Part shown: positions 36,785 to 46,764 of the stretch, in pieces
Layout of the letters: each line of letters starts with the position of its first letter
How positions within the stretch are numbered: the first letter of the stretch is position 1
DNA from: an uncultured Pseudomonadota bacterium
Lineage (GTDB): Bacteria; Pseudomonadota; Gammaproteobacteria; Steroidobacterales; Steroidobacteraceae
Length of the DNA stretch: 64,000 nucleotides
Assembly (NCBI GenBank): GCA_903898785.1
Contig: CAIUGU010000039.1
Span: 13,176-77,175, forward strand
Direction: 5' to 3'
Program-made: the position numbers and the translations under genes
Notes under the pieces: model-generated
What the model was told of the DNA's origin: nothing
What the model saw: the letters and a program-made list of their open reading frames with translations, nothing else
Database searches by the model: none

Positions 36785-37597
36785 CTAGTGCGCGTCGCCT
36801 GACGCGACGCTCGCGCTTTCCTCAAGGCCCGCCTTGGCGAGCGAGGTTTTGACGAATCCGGACGAGCGCATCTCCGCCGCAAACCCGTCGAGTGCCGCCC
36901 GCTTCTGCGGTTCGCCCTTGCGGACGACGAATTCCTGCACGACCTCGAGGAAGCTGTCAGGCAGGGCCCGCAGCTCGGTGGAGTTCTTGTCGAGCTCCAG
37001 CGCCCGCTGGCGGTTCACGCCAAACGCGGTCACTTCGCCGTTCTTGAAGAGCGCTTCGAGGTCGGCCTGCGGCGGCTGGCGGTCGAAGACCCGGACACGC
37101 GCCTGCTTCATCTGGCTGCTGACGAAGAGCTCCTGCGTCTGGCCCTTCACCGCGCCGACGATGACGCCGGCGCGATCGACGTCGCCCGACTGCCTGAGCG
37201 GCGAACGTTCGGCGACGACGTAGGAGTTGTGCATGTTGGCGTACGGCCCCGCGAAATCGACTTCCGCTGCACGGGACGCCTCGTAGGCCAGGAAGCCGAT
37301 GTCCGCCGAGCCATCGTTGAGGTGGCCGATCACGGCACGCGCATCGGGCGAGGGGAGGATCTGATAGGGCACGCCCAGCCTCCTGGCCAGCTCCTGCACC
37401 AGGTCCGCCACCGGTCCCGTCACGGCCCCGGTGGCGGGGTCGACCCTGCCTTGGACCGGATTGGCCCCGAGAAACGCTGCCCGCAGCGTGCCTGTCGGCG
37501 CCAGCGTGGCTTTCAGGGACGACAAGGCCGGTTCTGCCGCCAGCACGGGCGAACCGACGATCAGGGATGCAAACAACGCGATCAGCACGTTCCGCAT
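36785..37597 (-). CDS. orphan family-3 (amino-acid type) periplasmic substrate-binding protein
   Basis: ORF 36785..37735 trimmed to the ATG at 37597 (GGAG 8 nt upstream). Has a signal peptide. No permease or ATPase gene is adjacent. Confidence 0.75.
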   Translation of the reverse strand: MRNVLIALFASLIVGSPVLAAEPALSSLKATLAPTGTLRAAFLGANPVQGRVDPATGAVTGPVADLVQELARRLGVPYQILPSPDARAVIGHLNDGSADIGFLAYEASRAAEVDFAGPYANMHNSYVVAERSPLRQSGDVDRAGVIVGAVKGQTQELFVSSQMKQARVRVFDRQPPQADLEALFKNGEVTAFGVNRQRALELDKNSTELRALPDSFLEVVQEFVVRKGEPQKRAALDGFAAEMRSSGFVKTSLAKAGLEESASVASGDAH

Positions 37598-37782
37598 GGG
37601 CATCGCTCCAGGGTTGTGTGAAGGCATTGTGCCCGGTTGTCGCGCCACGGAACAGCGATGCTCGCGACGCAGCCCGAGGGCCCCGCGCTGCTGCATCGCG
37701 GGGCCTGCATGCTTGCATGTATAGTGCGACGACATCCCGGAAAGCCCGGCGGTCGCGGGTCGAGTTCTGCACGGAGGACCCT

Positions 37783-38214
37783 ATGCAGTGGTGGAGTTGG
37801 ATCGTCGCCGGCGTGGTGCTCCTCGGGCTCGAGCTGCTCGTGATCGATGCGCAGTTCTTCCTGGTGTTCATCGGCCTTGCCGCCATCGTCGTCGGGATCG
37901 CGGCGCTTGCGGGCATGGGTGGGCCGGAGTGGGTGCAGTGGCTGCTGTTCGCCGTCCTTGCCCTGATCTTCACTTTCGGCTTTCGCAGCCGCATCTACGA
38001 AAAGATGCGCGGCAGCGCCCCGGGATTCGACGACGGACTGATTGGCCATGCCGTGGTCCTGCCTGACGGACTTCCGCCGGGCAGCGAAAGCCGCGTCGAG
38101 TTCCGCGGTACGACGTGGCGCGTGCAGAACGTGGGCAGCGAGACGATCGCCCCGGGCGCCAAGGCGCGGATCACCCACACTGACGGACTGCTCCTGCGCG
38201 TCGAGCGCATATAG
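37783..38214 (+). CDS. NfeD-family membrane protein
   Basis: ATG at 37783 after GGAGG. Two TM helices plus a C-terminal OB-like domain (VEFRGTTWRV). Confidence 0.85.
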   Translation: MQWWSWIVAGVVLLGLELLVIDAQFFLVFIGLAAIVVGIAALAGMGGPEWVQWLLFAVLALIFTFGFRSRIYEKMRGSAPGFDDGLIGHAVVLPDGLPPGSESRVEFRGTTWRVQNVGSETIAPGAKARITHTDGLLLRVERI

Positions 38215-38275
38215 GTCAGTCAGGGATTCCTCGAGCCTCCCCCAGCGACCGTTCTATTCACAGGGATCAACGAAC

Positions 38276-39205
38276 ATGGAATCACCGGTCATCGTCGCCA
38301 TCATCCTCGCGATTGCGGTCATCGTGCTGCTTTCGAAGACGGCAGTGGTCGTGCCGCAGCAGAATGCCTATGTGATCGAGAAGCTGGGCAAGTACAGCCG
38401 GACCCTGCGTGCCGGGTTCTACATTCTCGTGCCGTTCTTCGAGCGCATCGCCTATCGCCACACGCTGAAGGAACAGGCAACCGACATCCCGGAGCAGGTG
38501 TGCATCACGCGCGACAACGTGCAGGTGGGCGTCGACGGCGTGCTGTACCTGCAGGTGCTGGATCCCGAGCGTGCGTCTTACGGCATCGCGAGCTACCTGT
38601 TCGCCATCCAGCAGCTGGCCCAGACCACGCTGCGCAGCGAGATCGGCAAGATCGACCTCGACCGCACGTTCGAGGCACGCGGCACGATCAACGCGAACGT
38701 CGTCAGCGAGCTCGACAAGGCGTCGGAGCCGTGGGGCGTGAAGGTGCTGCGCTACGAGATCAAGAACATCAACCCGCCGCGCGATGTGCTGGGCGCGATG
38801 GAAAAGCAGATGCGGGCCGAGCGCGAGAAGCGTGCCGTCGTGCTGACGTCGGAAGGCGTTCGCGATGCGCAGATCAACAATGCCGAAGGCGAAAAACAGC
38901 GGGTGATCAAGGAATCCGAGGCCAAGCGCCAACAGCAGATCAACGAGGCCGAAGGCGAGGCGAGCGCCATCCTCGCAGTCGCCAGTGCCACTGCCGAGGG
39001 CCTGCGGGTGGTCGCGGAATCGCTGCATCTCCAGGGCGGCCACGAAGCCATGCAGCTGCGGATTGCCGAACAGTACATCGCGCAGTTCGGGCAGATCGCC
39101 AAGCAGGGCAATACGCTGGTGGTGCCCGCGAACCTGACGGATCTCGCGTCGATGATTGCGCTGGCCACGAAGGTGACGCAGTCGCCGGGTGCTGCGGCGA
39201 AGTAG
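38276..39205 (+). CDS. SPFH/band-7 (stomatin-like) protein
   Basis: ATG at 38276. N-terminal TM then PQQNAYVIEKLGKY...ITRDNVQV...GVKVLRYEIKNINPP. Classic pairing with the upstream NfeD gene. Confidence 0.9.
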   Translation: MESPVIVAIILAIAVIVLLSKTAVVVPQQNAYVIEKLGKYSRTLRAGFYILVPFFERIAYRHTLKEQATDIPEQVCITRDNVQVGVDGVLYLQVLDPERASYGIASYLFAIQQLAQTTLRSEIGKIDLDRTFEARGTINANVVSELDKASEPWGVKVLRYEIKNINPPRDVLGAMEKQMRAEREKRAVVLTSEGVRDAQINNAEGEKQRVIKESEAKRQQQINEAEGEASAILAVASATAEGLRVVAESLHLQGGHEAMQLRIAEQYIAQFGQIAKQGNTLVVPANLTDLASMIALATKVTQSPGAAAK

Positions 39206-39236
39206 CGGACCCGTCCGGAGGCGGACCCGCCGGATG

Positions 39237-40358
39237 CTAGGCGTCGGTGAGTTGGCGCTCGCCGAGCGGTACGCAGTAGATGTCCACCGGGCCCGAGCGG
39301 CCCCGCAGCGTCAGCGGGGGCAGCGCCACTGCGCCCACGTCATAGCCGCGGTCGTCGAGCGCCCGCTTGACCGCCCCGGAGAAGAGGACTTCACCGGCGC
39401 GGGCGCGCTGGCTGAGCCTGGCGGCCACGTTCACGGTGTCGCCGATCATCGTGTAGCTCATGTACTGCGGCGACCCGACGTCCCCCGTCAGGACTTCACC
39501 GTTGTTGATACCGATGCCGAGGCCGACATGGATGTCGTGGCGGTCGCGCCACTGCCGTGCGAGGTCCCGGAAGCCGGCCAGCATTTCCGAGGCCGTGCGG
39601 ACGGCGCGGGCGGGGCTGTCCTGCTGCTCCACGGGCACGCCGTAGCCGATCATCAGCGAGTCGCCCGACATGTTGAAGATGGTGCCGTCGTGCCGGAACG
39701 CGATTTCGGTCAGCATCGAGAAGTACTCGTTCAGCACGCGCAGCGTATCGCCGGGGCCGAGCCGCTGCGCCATGGACGTGAACCCCCTCATGTCCGCGAA
39801 CATGACGGCGGCGCGCGTGCTCGTGCTGGGATGTGGCAGCGGCTCCGCGGCGTCCATCTCGAGCAGCATGCGGTCCGCGAGCTGCGGTGACAGGTAACGG
39901 CAGATCGTGGTGCGAATGCGGTCGCGCACGGAGCGCTCGCGATTCAGCACCGAGGTGGTGATGCGGCGCCGGATGCTGCCCTGTTCCATCAGCGCTTCCG
40001 CCACCGCCAGCAGGCTCCGCGGTCCAGCGTTGCGGGTGATTGCGTCGTCGGCCCCTGCGGCGATGGACGCCGTCGCTTCGGCGTCGGTGGTGCAAACGGC
40101 AAGGATCGGCACGAGCATCGTCGTGGAATCGGCCTTCAACGCCGCGACCACCGCGAGAGCGCCGGCGTTCTCGCCATCGACGATGAGCAGGTCCGTCCAG
40201 CCGACCCGTAGCAGGTCGCGCACTGCTGCGGCGGAATCGCAACCGATGGCCGACATGCCGAGCGTGCTCAGGCAGTCATGCGCGTAGGAACCGTTGGGGT
40301 CGGTGGGCGAAAGAATCAGGATACGGTGGGAGGCTGGAGTCTGTTCGCCTGGCAGCAT
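39237..40358 (-). CDS. receiver-like domain fused to class III adenylate/guanylate cyclase
   Basis: N-terminal CheY-like fold (DLLIVDGE). C-terminal cyclase strings AAVMFADMRGFT, GDSLMIGYG and IGDTVNVAARL. Confidence 0.85.
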   Translation of the reverse strand: MLPGEQTPASHRILILSPTDPNGSYAHDCLSTLGMSAIGCDSAAAVRDLLRVGWTDLLIVDGENAGALAVVAALKADSTTMLVPILAVCTTDAEATASIAAGADDAITRNAGPRSLLAVAEALMEQGSIRRRITTSVLNRERSVRDRIRTTICRYLSPQLADRMLLEMDAAEPLPHPSTSTRAAVMFADMRGFTSMAQRLGPGDTLRVLNEYFSMLTEIAFRHDGTIFNMSGDSLMIGYGVPVEQQDSPARAVRTASEMLAGFRDLARQWRDRHDIHVGLGIGINNGEVLTGDVGSPQYMSYTMIGDTVNVAARLSQRARAGEVLFSGAVKRALDDRGYDVGAVALPPLTLRGRSGPVDIYCVPLGERQLTDA

Positions 40359-40518
40359 GATCTTGTTTTAATTGCTTTCTGCGCGAACGAAAATGCTCCG
40401 ACTGTTTAGCAGGATTCATTGCGCATATCCACAACGCTCGTCAATCAGCCCGGGGCGACGGGATTCCTCGGGTCCTCGTCGCCGCCGGTGCGCTTGGGCC
40501 AGGCCGGAGTGCGGTGGT

Positions 40519-41163
40519 TCAGTTCTCGAGCCGGAACGTGATCGGCAGCTGCTTCCACATGGCTACCGGCTTGCCGTCCTCGGTGCCCGGCTTGAACTTC
40601 CAGCGACGCGCTTCCGTCAGGGCCGAGGCGTCCAGGCGCGGGAACCCGCTTGTCTTGAGCAGCCGCACGTCGCCTACGGTTCCACTGGCGAGGACGTACA
40701 CCGACAGCGTCACCGTGCCTTCGTTGCCCTGGCGCACATCCGGGGCGGGGTAGGCCGGCTCGCTCAGGCCGCGCTGCGCATCGACCTGTGGTTGCACCAC
40801 GACGGGCTTCGCCAGCGCGTCAGGGACAGGCTGAGGCCGCATCGGCACCACAGGATCGACATGGATGGCACTGGTGCCTTCAACGAACTCACCGAGCAAC
40901 GGAGGCGGGTCGGATGGCAGGGAGGGCGTGAACTGCGGCTGGTACTCCGGCCTGGGAGGCGGAGCAGGCAGGGGCTTGCTCGCCTCCTCGATGAAGCTCG
41001 CCTGGATCCGGGCCGGGACGAAGACAAGCACCGACCGTGACAGGCCCGTATTCAGCGACCAGAAGAAAGCCGCGTGCAGCAGCACGATCACGGCGAGCAT
41101 CAGTCCGCGCGGCGAACGCAACGCATGGAAGGCCGGAAACGAATGGATCGTCGTAGCACTCAT
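40519..41163 (-). CDS. tonB: energy transducer TonB
   Basis: N-terminal TM anchor, Pro-rich spacer (PLPAPPPRPEYQPQ), and C-terminal TonB_C (GTVTLSVYV...GFPRLDASAL...WKFKPG). Confidence 0.85.
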   Translation of the reverse strand: MSATTIHSFPAFHALRSPRGLMLAVIVLLHAAFFWSLNTGLSRSVLVFVPARIQASFIEEASKPLPAPPPRPEYQPQFTPSLPSDPPPLLGEFVEGTSAIHVDPVVPMRPQPVPDALAKPVVVQPQVDAQRGLSEPAYPAPDVRQGNEGTVTLSVYVLASGTVGDVRLLKTSGFPRLDASALTEARRWKFKPGTEDGKPVAMWKQLPITFRLEN

Positions 41164-41489
41164 CGCACTCTCCTTTGCCTGCGGGGGAAGGACTCAAGGG
41201 AATGAACGTCGGCGAGGGGGGGATGGGGTTAAAGCAATGCGACCGGCGTACTTCGTACGCAAGGGGGCCTACCGGCAGGAGGGTCTGCCGACAGGAAGGC
41301 CTGACGGCAGGTCAGAGTCTGACTTGCTGATGAAATCAGCCGCTTGTCGACGGAGTACCCCCTTGCCGCAAGGCTACCCCTGCGCACAGAGGGCGCCGGT
41401 CGCTTCGGCTTGCACACCGTTCCGGCTACCCCTCCCGCAGGTGTACCATGGGTGAGTTCGCACACCATATTTCCGGGGAGTCCCTGACA

Positions 41490-42335
41490 ATGAAGATGTT
41501 CCACGCGATCGCCGCGCTGGTCGGCACCGCACTGCTCGCACCCGTCGCCATGGCCGGTGCGCCGCCCCCTTCCAAGCTGGACACGACCAAGGTCGGTGAC
41601 GGGCTCTATGTCATCCACAACGCGCTCGTGCCGGGCAACGTCACGGTCATGGTGACCAATGACGGCGTGCTCCTCGTCGACGACAAGTTCGAGTTTGACC
41701 TCGACAACCTGCTGGCCGAGGTGCGCAAGCTCACCAGCCAGCCGGTCAAGTACGTCATCAACACGCATTACCATGGCGACCATACGGGCGCCAACGCTCG
41801 CTTGCAGGCGATGGGCGTGCAGGTCGTTGCCTCCTCGAATGCCCGCGCCAAGATGGTGGAAGCGAAGCAGCCGGGCTGGCCGAGCATCACGGTCGAGAAC
41901 CGAGGTACCGTGCACCTGGGCGGCAAGCGCGCCGAGATCTACTACTTCGGCCGGTCGCACACCGACGGCGACGTCGTGGTCTATTTCCCGGACCAGAAAG
42001 TCATTGCCATGGGCGACATGTTCACGTTCGGCGACGACGTCCCGCAGCTGGTCGATTATTCGGGCGGCGGCAGCGCACGCGCCTGGCCGACCACGCTCGA
42101 CGGCGCGTTGATGCTGGACTTCAATGCGGTGGTACCGGGCCACGGACCGAACGCCACCAAGGCAGACCTGCGCAAGTTCCGCGACAGCACGGTGCTGATC
42201 CAGACGCGCGTCAAGCAGCTGCTGGCCGAGAAGAAGGGCCGCGCCGACATCGACGCGATGCTGCGCAAGGAATTCCATTGGGGCGACCTGCACAGCGGCC
42301 GCGGGCTTGACGGCCTGATTGCCGAAATGCAGTAA
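41490..42335 (+). CDS. exported MBL-fold metallo-hydrolase (paralogue of 18258..19232)
   Basis: ORF 41448..42335, ATG at 41490 after GGGGAG. Has a signal peptide. HYHGDHTGAN and HTDGDVVVYFPD motifs. Confidence 0.85.
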   Translation: MKMFHAIAALVGTALLAPVAMAGAPPPSKLDTTKVGDGLYVIHNALVPGNVTVMVTNDGVLLVDDKFEFDLDNLLAEVRKLTSQPVKYVINTHYHGDHTGANARLQAMGVQVVASSNARAKMVEAKQPGWPSITVENRGTVHLGGKRAEIYYFGRSHTDGDVVVYFPDQKVIAMGDMFTFGDDVPQLVDYSGGGSARAWPTTLDGALMLDFNAVVPGHGPNATKADLRKFRDSTVLIQTRVKQLLAEKKGRADIDAMLRKEFHWGDLHSGRGLDGLIAEMQ

Positions 42336-42398
42336 GTCGACGTCATGGACACAGGTTACGCCGTCCGGCGGCGAACCTGCTTCCACGGGCATGAGGAG

Positions 42399-42428
42399 GG
42401 GCGCGGTTCCGGCTGCGCCCTTTTTTTT
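42399..42428 (+). terminator. rho-independent terminator
   Basis: GGGCGCGG / CTGCGCCC stem (one G-T pair), 6-nt loop, then eight T residues. Confidence 0.75.
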
Positions 42429-42582
42429 GCCGTAGAGGTAGACGGATGCATTGCCCGAAGGCAGGTTCGGGTCCCGATCCGGCTTCCTGACTACCTAGGT
42501 AATATCCACGAGTCGGCCGGGTGCCGAATTGCCGTGCGGCGGGACTACACTGCGCGCCGGTGCAAACAACAAGGAGCTGCCC

Positions 42583-43047
42583 ATGCGTGCGCTAGCCATA
42601 TCCTCCGTCTTCGCTTCCGTGTTCGTGCTGGCCGGCTGCGGTCAGGGTGCTGCGCCCGAGCAGGCAGCAGCCCCGGCAGCACCGCCGGCGCCGGTGTCCA
42701 CCGTCACGTCGCGCCAGATCATGCTCGGCCTCGTGATTCCCGCCGCCGACATCGTCTGGGGCGTCGCCAACGAAGCGCCGGCCGACGACGCGGCGTGGGA
42801 GAAGGTGGCCGCCACCGCCGCCATGATCGCGGAAGCGGGCCACCTGATGAGCACGGGTTCGCGGGTAGTGGACCAGGGAGACTGGCTCACGTACGTGAAG
42901 GCGATGACGGATGCAGCCACGGCGGCGGCGGCAGGCGCCACGGCCAAGAACGTCGACCAGACGAGCGAAGCAGGCAATGCGCTCTATGACTCCTGCGATA
43001 CCTGCCACATGAAGTACATGCCGGCCCGCGCAACGGAGGCCAAGTAA
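42583..43047 (+). CDS. lipoprotein with C-terminal CXXCH, class II (cytochrome c'-like) cytochrome c
   Basis: ORF 42529..43047, ATG at 42583 after AAGGAG. Lipobox VLAGCG, Ala/Pro linker, helical body, and CDTCH 13 residues from the C-terminus. Confidence 0.65.
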   Translation: MRALAISSVFASVFVLAGCGQGAAPEQAAAPAAPPAPVSTVTSRQIMLGLVIPAADIVWGVANEAPADDAAWEKVAATAAMIAEAGHLMSTGSRVVDQGDWLTYVKAMTDAATAAAAGATAKNVDQTSEAGNALYDSCDTCHMKYMPARATEAK

Positions 43048-43063
43048 CTCCGGGCGACTAGTA

Positions 43064-43088
43064 CCCGCTGCGCCGCGCGCGCGGCGGG
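43064..43088. terminator. GC-rich hairpin between convergent genes (possible bidirectional terminator)
   Basis: CCCGCTGCGC...GCGCGGCGGG forms a 10-bp stem. No clear U-tract on either strand. Confidence 0.3.
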
Positions 43089-43097
43089 ACGCTTGTG

Positions 43098-44876
43098 TCA
43101 GGGACTGCGGGCCACGCCGTCCCTGCGCGAATCTGCCGCTCCCACCAGCTTTCCGTCCTTTCCGAGCAGGACGGCATGCAGGCCAGAGCCTTCGCCGCGA
43201 CCATCGCGGAAAGTCTGGCCCAGCGCCTTCAGTCCTTCCGTCAGCTGCGGGTCCATGCGGGCACCTTCCGCGACCACAGGACCTCTCGCGACGACGTTGG
43301 GCAGGTCGACGGCTTGCTGCGGCGTCAGGCCCCAGTCGAGCGTGCCCACGATGGCCTTGGCGACGTAACTGATGATGGCGTTGCCGCCCGGCGAACCCAC
43401 GGCATAACGGAAGCCGCCGTTCTCGAACACGATCGTCGGTGACATCGACGAGCGCGGTTTCTTGCCCGGTGCCACCGCATTCGCAATGGCCTGGCCCCGG
43501 TCGTCGACCGGCCGGAACGAAAAATCGGTGAGCTGGTTGTTCAGGAAGAAGCCGGCCGCCATGCGCTGCGAGCCGAACACGGATTCCACGGTGGTAGTCA
43601 TCGACACGACGTTGCCGCTGCGATCGACGATCACGAAATGGCTCGTCCCCGTGTTGCCGCCGTTGCTGTCCGGCGGTTTGCGGACTGCGCCTGGCGGGTT
43701 GCCCGCCTCGACGGTGGCCATGGCGCGGTCCGGCGAGATGAGGGCGACGCGCGACTTGAGGTAGCCCGGGTCGAGCAGGCCGGCCACCGGTACCTGGACG
43801 AAGCGGTCGTCGGCCACGTACATGTCGCGATCGGCGTAGGCGAGGCGCTGGGCCTCGATGAAGTAGTGCCAGCCGCGCACGGTGTTCGGGCCGTTGCCCG
43901 CCATGTCGAGGTGCTCCAGCGTGCCCAGGATCGACAGCACCGCGATGCCGCCCGACGACGGCGGCCCCATGCCGCATACCACGTAGACGCGGTAGCCGCG
44001 GCACACGGGCTCGAGCCGGTTGGGCCGGTAATCCTTCAGGTCCTTGAGGCTCAGCGTCCCCGGGTTGGGCTGGCGCGTGGCGGCGGCGACGATGGCTGCG
44101 GCGATCGGGCCTTCGTAGAAGCCACGGGCGCCTTCCCTTGCGATCCGCCGCAGCGTGTCGGCATACGCCGTGTTACGCACGATCTGGCCTGCGGCGAGCG
44201 GCGTGCCAGCGGCCGTGGTGACATAGGCTTGGGCGTCGGGCGCGAGTTGCGTGAATGCCTGCGCCTGACGGATCACCGTCGCCATGCGCGGCGGCACCGC
44301 GAACCCCTTCTCCGCCATCGCGATGGCGGGTTCCCAGGCTCTCGCCCAAGGCAGCCTGCCATGCTCGCGATGGGCCATCTCCAGCATCGCGACGGCGCCC
44401 GGCACGCCGATCGACCGGCCGGTCTTCACGGCATCGGGAAACGGCAACGGCTTGCCGTCCGGGCCCAGGAACATGTCCGGTGTGGCTCTCATCGGCGCGA
44501 CTTCCCGGCCGTCATAGGCAACCACGTCACCCGTCCGCGCGTCGTAGTGGAGCATGAACGCGCCCCCGCCGATGCCGGAGGACTGGGGTTCGACCAGCCC
44601 CAGCATGGCCTGGACGGCGATCGCGGCATCGACGGCGGTGCCGCCGGCCCGCAGGATCTCAAGACCAGCCTCGACCGCCATCGGGTTGGCCGCCGCGATC
44701 ATCGCGCCTGCCTGCCAAGCGGTGACCGGCCTGGCTTCGATGACAGGAGCCTGAAAAGGGATGGTGGAAGCGGTGGGAGCCTGCGCGGCCGTGCAGCCGG
44801 CCAGGACGAACAGGCCGGCAGCGACTTGGGCGAGACGCGCAGGTCGTCCTTGGGAGGGCGAGATCCGGCTGCTCAT
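43098..44876 (-). CDS. ggt: gamma-glutamyltransferase
   Basis: Lipobox FVLAGC. GGGAFML, and the autoprocessing site GGNTGTSHFVIVD (T nucleophile). Confidence 0.9.
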   Translation of the reverse strand: MSSRISPSQGRPARLAQVAAGLFVLAGCTAAQAPTASTIPFQAPVIEARPVTAWQAGAMIAAANPMAVEAGLEILRAGGTAVDAAIAVQAMLGLVEPQSSGIGGGAFMLHYDARTGDVVAYDGREVAPMRATPDMFLGPDGKPLPFPDAVKTGRSIGVPGAVAMLEMAHREHGRLPWARAWEPAIAMAEKGFAVPPRMATVIRQAQAFTQLAPDAQAYVTTAAGTPLAAGQIVRNTAYADTLRRIAREGARGFYEGPIAAAIVAAATRQPNPGTLSLKDLKDYRPNRLEPVCRGYRVYVVCGMGPPSSGGIAVLSILGTLEHLDMAGNGPNTVRGWHYFIEAQRLAYADRDMYVADDRFVQVPVAGLLDPGYLKSRVALISPDRAMATVEAGNPPGAVRKPPDSNGGNTGTSHFVIVDRSGNVVSMTTTVESVFGSQRMAAGFFLNNQLTDFSFRPVDDRGQAIANAVAPGKKPRSSMSPTIVFENGGFRYAVGSPGGNAIISYVAKAIVGTLDWGLTPQQAVDLPNVVARGPVVAEGARMDPQLTEGLKALGQTFRDGRGEGSGLHAVLLGKDGKLVGAADSRRDGVARSP

Positions 44877-44987
44877 CGTGCTAGGGAACCTTCAGGGCCG
44901 CTGTAGGCCACGATGGTAGCCCATCGAGGGTACCAACGGGGTGCGGGTCCTGCGCCGGGCGGGCGCGACAGCGGGAAGCGCTGCCAC

Positions 44988-45023
44988 CAAAGAAAACGGG
45001 GGACCGGTTTCCCGATCCCCCGT
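44988..45023 (-). terminator. rho-independent terminator of the minus-strand operon ending at 45053
   Basis: On the minus strand: ACGGGGGA / TCCCCCGT 8-bp stem with a 12-nt loop, followed by TTTTCTTT. Confidence 0.65.
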
Positions 45024-45052
45024 CCAACGCAATCGATCGTGCGTCGGTAGCC

Positions 45053-45463
45053 TTACTCGGCTGCCTTCTTGACCGCGAAACCGGTCAGAGGATTGAACTC
45101 CTTGTTATCGGTCGTGCGGGTGGCCTTCATCCAGGCGCCGGCCGGACGGCCGTCGCGCATCGGATGGCCCGTGATCGTGATCGGCGTGCCCGGGGCGAAG
45201 TCGCTCTTGCGGATGCCGGCGCGCGTCAGCGAGCTCGGGCCTTCCGCTTCGAAGCCCCACGTCGTCACCTTGCCATCCTTGCCCTTCACGTCAACGAGCA
45301 GCCACGAATGCGGGTTCGTGTACTGGAACTCCTTGACCGTGCCGGACACGGTGACTTCCTTCTTTTCGTCGAACATGGCGCCCGAATGGTGGGCCACCGC
45401 CTGGGTGGCCACGGCCGCCAGCAGGGCGGTGGCGACCACGGTACCGATTGTCTTTGCTTGCAT
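45053..45463 (-). CDS. DUF6152-family periplasmic protein
   Basis: Signal peptide ...AVATQAVA followed by HHSGAMFD. The FQYTNPHSWLLVDV pattern is typical of DUF6152 as I recall it. Confidence 0.7.
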   Translation of the reverse strand: MQAKTIGTVVATALLAAVATQAVAHHSGAMFDEKKEVTVSGTVKEFQYTNPHSWLLVDVKGKDGKVTTWGFEAEGPSSLTRAGIRKSDFAPGTPITITGHPMRDGRPAGAWMKATRTTDNKEFNPLTGFAVKKAAE

Positions 45464-45529
45464 GGTGCTTACTCCTCGTAAAGCCTGATTCTGGATTGCG
45501 AATACTTAAGGGAGACTGAAGGCGGCCGC

Positions 45530-46558
45530 TTACTTGGCGCCCGTCTTCTTCACCGACTTGTCCGTACTCACCGCGGCGTCGTTCTCAAGGAAGCTGAAGT
45601 CCTTGAACTGGCTCGTGCCTTCTTCCGTGGTGATGATGTCGTTGTTGCTGTTCTCGCGGCAGTCCCAGTACCGCAGGCGCAGCAGGTGCTCCGAATTGTC
45701 GAGTTCCGTGTAGCTCTGGCGGGTGTACCAGGGCTTCGCGAGGTTGACGGGATCGAAGATCCAGACGTCAGCCTGCAGCGTGACACCGTCGATCTTGCGC
45801 CAACGCTCGACCAGAGTGACCTGATCGGAGTAATCGGGCTGGACGCCGCGCTGGTACTGGCCGGGCATCAGGTGCTTCGAGTGGGTCACGAGGATGTCCC
45901 CATCCCAGAAGCCGATGGTGTCGCCGTTCCAGGAGGCGTACGCATCCTCGTCAGCGGTGTGCGGACGGCCGTCGGTGTATACGCGGCGGACGTCGTTCAC
46001 CATTTCGTTGATGAGCCAGGTCTGTTCCGGAGTCACGATGTACTCCTTAAGGAACGGCTCGGTGAACCAGCGGGGCGTGCCAGGAGGGCGGCAGTCGCTG
46101 ATCGGGTCGTACTCGCCGCCCGTCTTGGCGATCAGGTCCTGCTTCCGCTTGACCACTTCAGCGCCCGCGGGGGTGAGCTGCGCGGTTTCCATCTCGGGGC
46201 CCCTCAGGTCCGGATCGAAGTGCAGGCCGCCCTTGGTACGGGTGTACACGCCCGACCAGTCGTAGGCGGGCAGGGACATCTGGGCCCAGGTCAGGGGCTT
46301 GCCGCCGCCTGCATCGGCCTTCAGCTTGTCGTACAAGGCATGCGAGGACTCGAACTGCTCGCCCAAGGCCTGCAGTTCGGCCTTCTTGGCGGCCCAGTCG
46401 TCGCCCTGGTTGGTCCAGGCCATGCCGGCCGGAGCCGGGGCCGTGGCGGCCGGTGCCTGCGCGGCCTGTTCGGCGCCACCGCAAGCGGCAAGCGTCGTTG
46501 CGATCACGGCAGCGAGTACCAGCGGTGCGCCGGTGCGGAATACTGATTTCATGTTCAT
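45530..46558 (-). CDS. hypothetical lipoprotein, paralogue A
   Basis: ORF 45530..46606 trimmed to the ATG at 46558 after GGGGGA. Lipobox LAACGG. By eye it is about three-quarters identical to 48924..49952. Confidence 0.75.
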   Translation of the reverse strand: MNMKSVFRTGAPLVLAAVIATTLAACGGAEQAAQAPAATAPAPAGMAWTNQGDDWAAKKAELQALGEQFESSHALYDKLKADAGGGKPLTWAQMSLPAYDWSGVYTRTKGGLHFDPDLRGPEMETAQLTPAGAEVVKRKQDLIAKTGGEYDPISDCRPPGTPRWFTEPFLKEYIVTPEQTWLINEMVNDVRRVYTDGRPHTADEDAYASWNGDTIGFWDGDILVTHSKHLMPGQYQRGVQPDYSDQVTLVERWRKIDGVTLQADVWIFDPVNLAKPWYTRQSYTELDNSEHLLRLRYWDCRENSNNDIITTEEGTSQFKDFSFLENDAAVSTDKSVKKTGAK

Positions 46559-46764
46559 TAAAAATCCCCCGGGGAATCGTTGCGGGCTGGCCCGACATGG
46601 GTCCATGGGCGCAATCGATACGCGACCTTAGCAGAACTTCGCAGTCGGGTTAAGCGCTTGCGGGGTCCAAGCGCCCCGAAAACCCTGCCCAATCGCCTGT
46701 GTTATGTACGTAGCGGCCGGCAAAAGTTCCCACCGGGCGCTTAAGGCGGCTTAAGGCCCGGGGG

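Noticed and set aside
41326-41340. GCTGATGAAATCAGC palindrome as a Fur box for tonB.
   Set aside because: It is more than 160 nt upstream of the tonB start and only loosely resembles the GATAATGATAATCATTATC consensus. It could equally belong to the divergent MBL gene, so it is not supportable.
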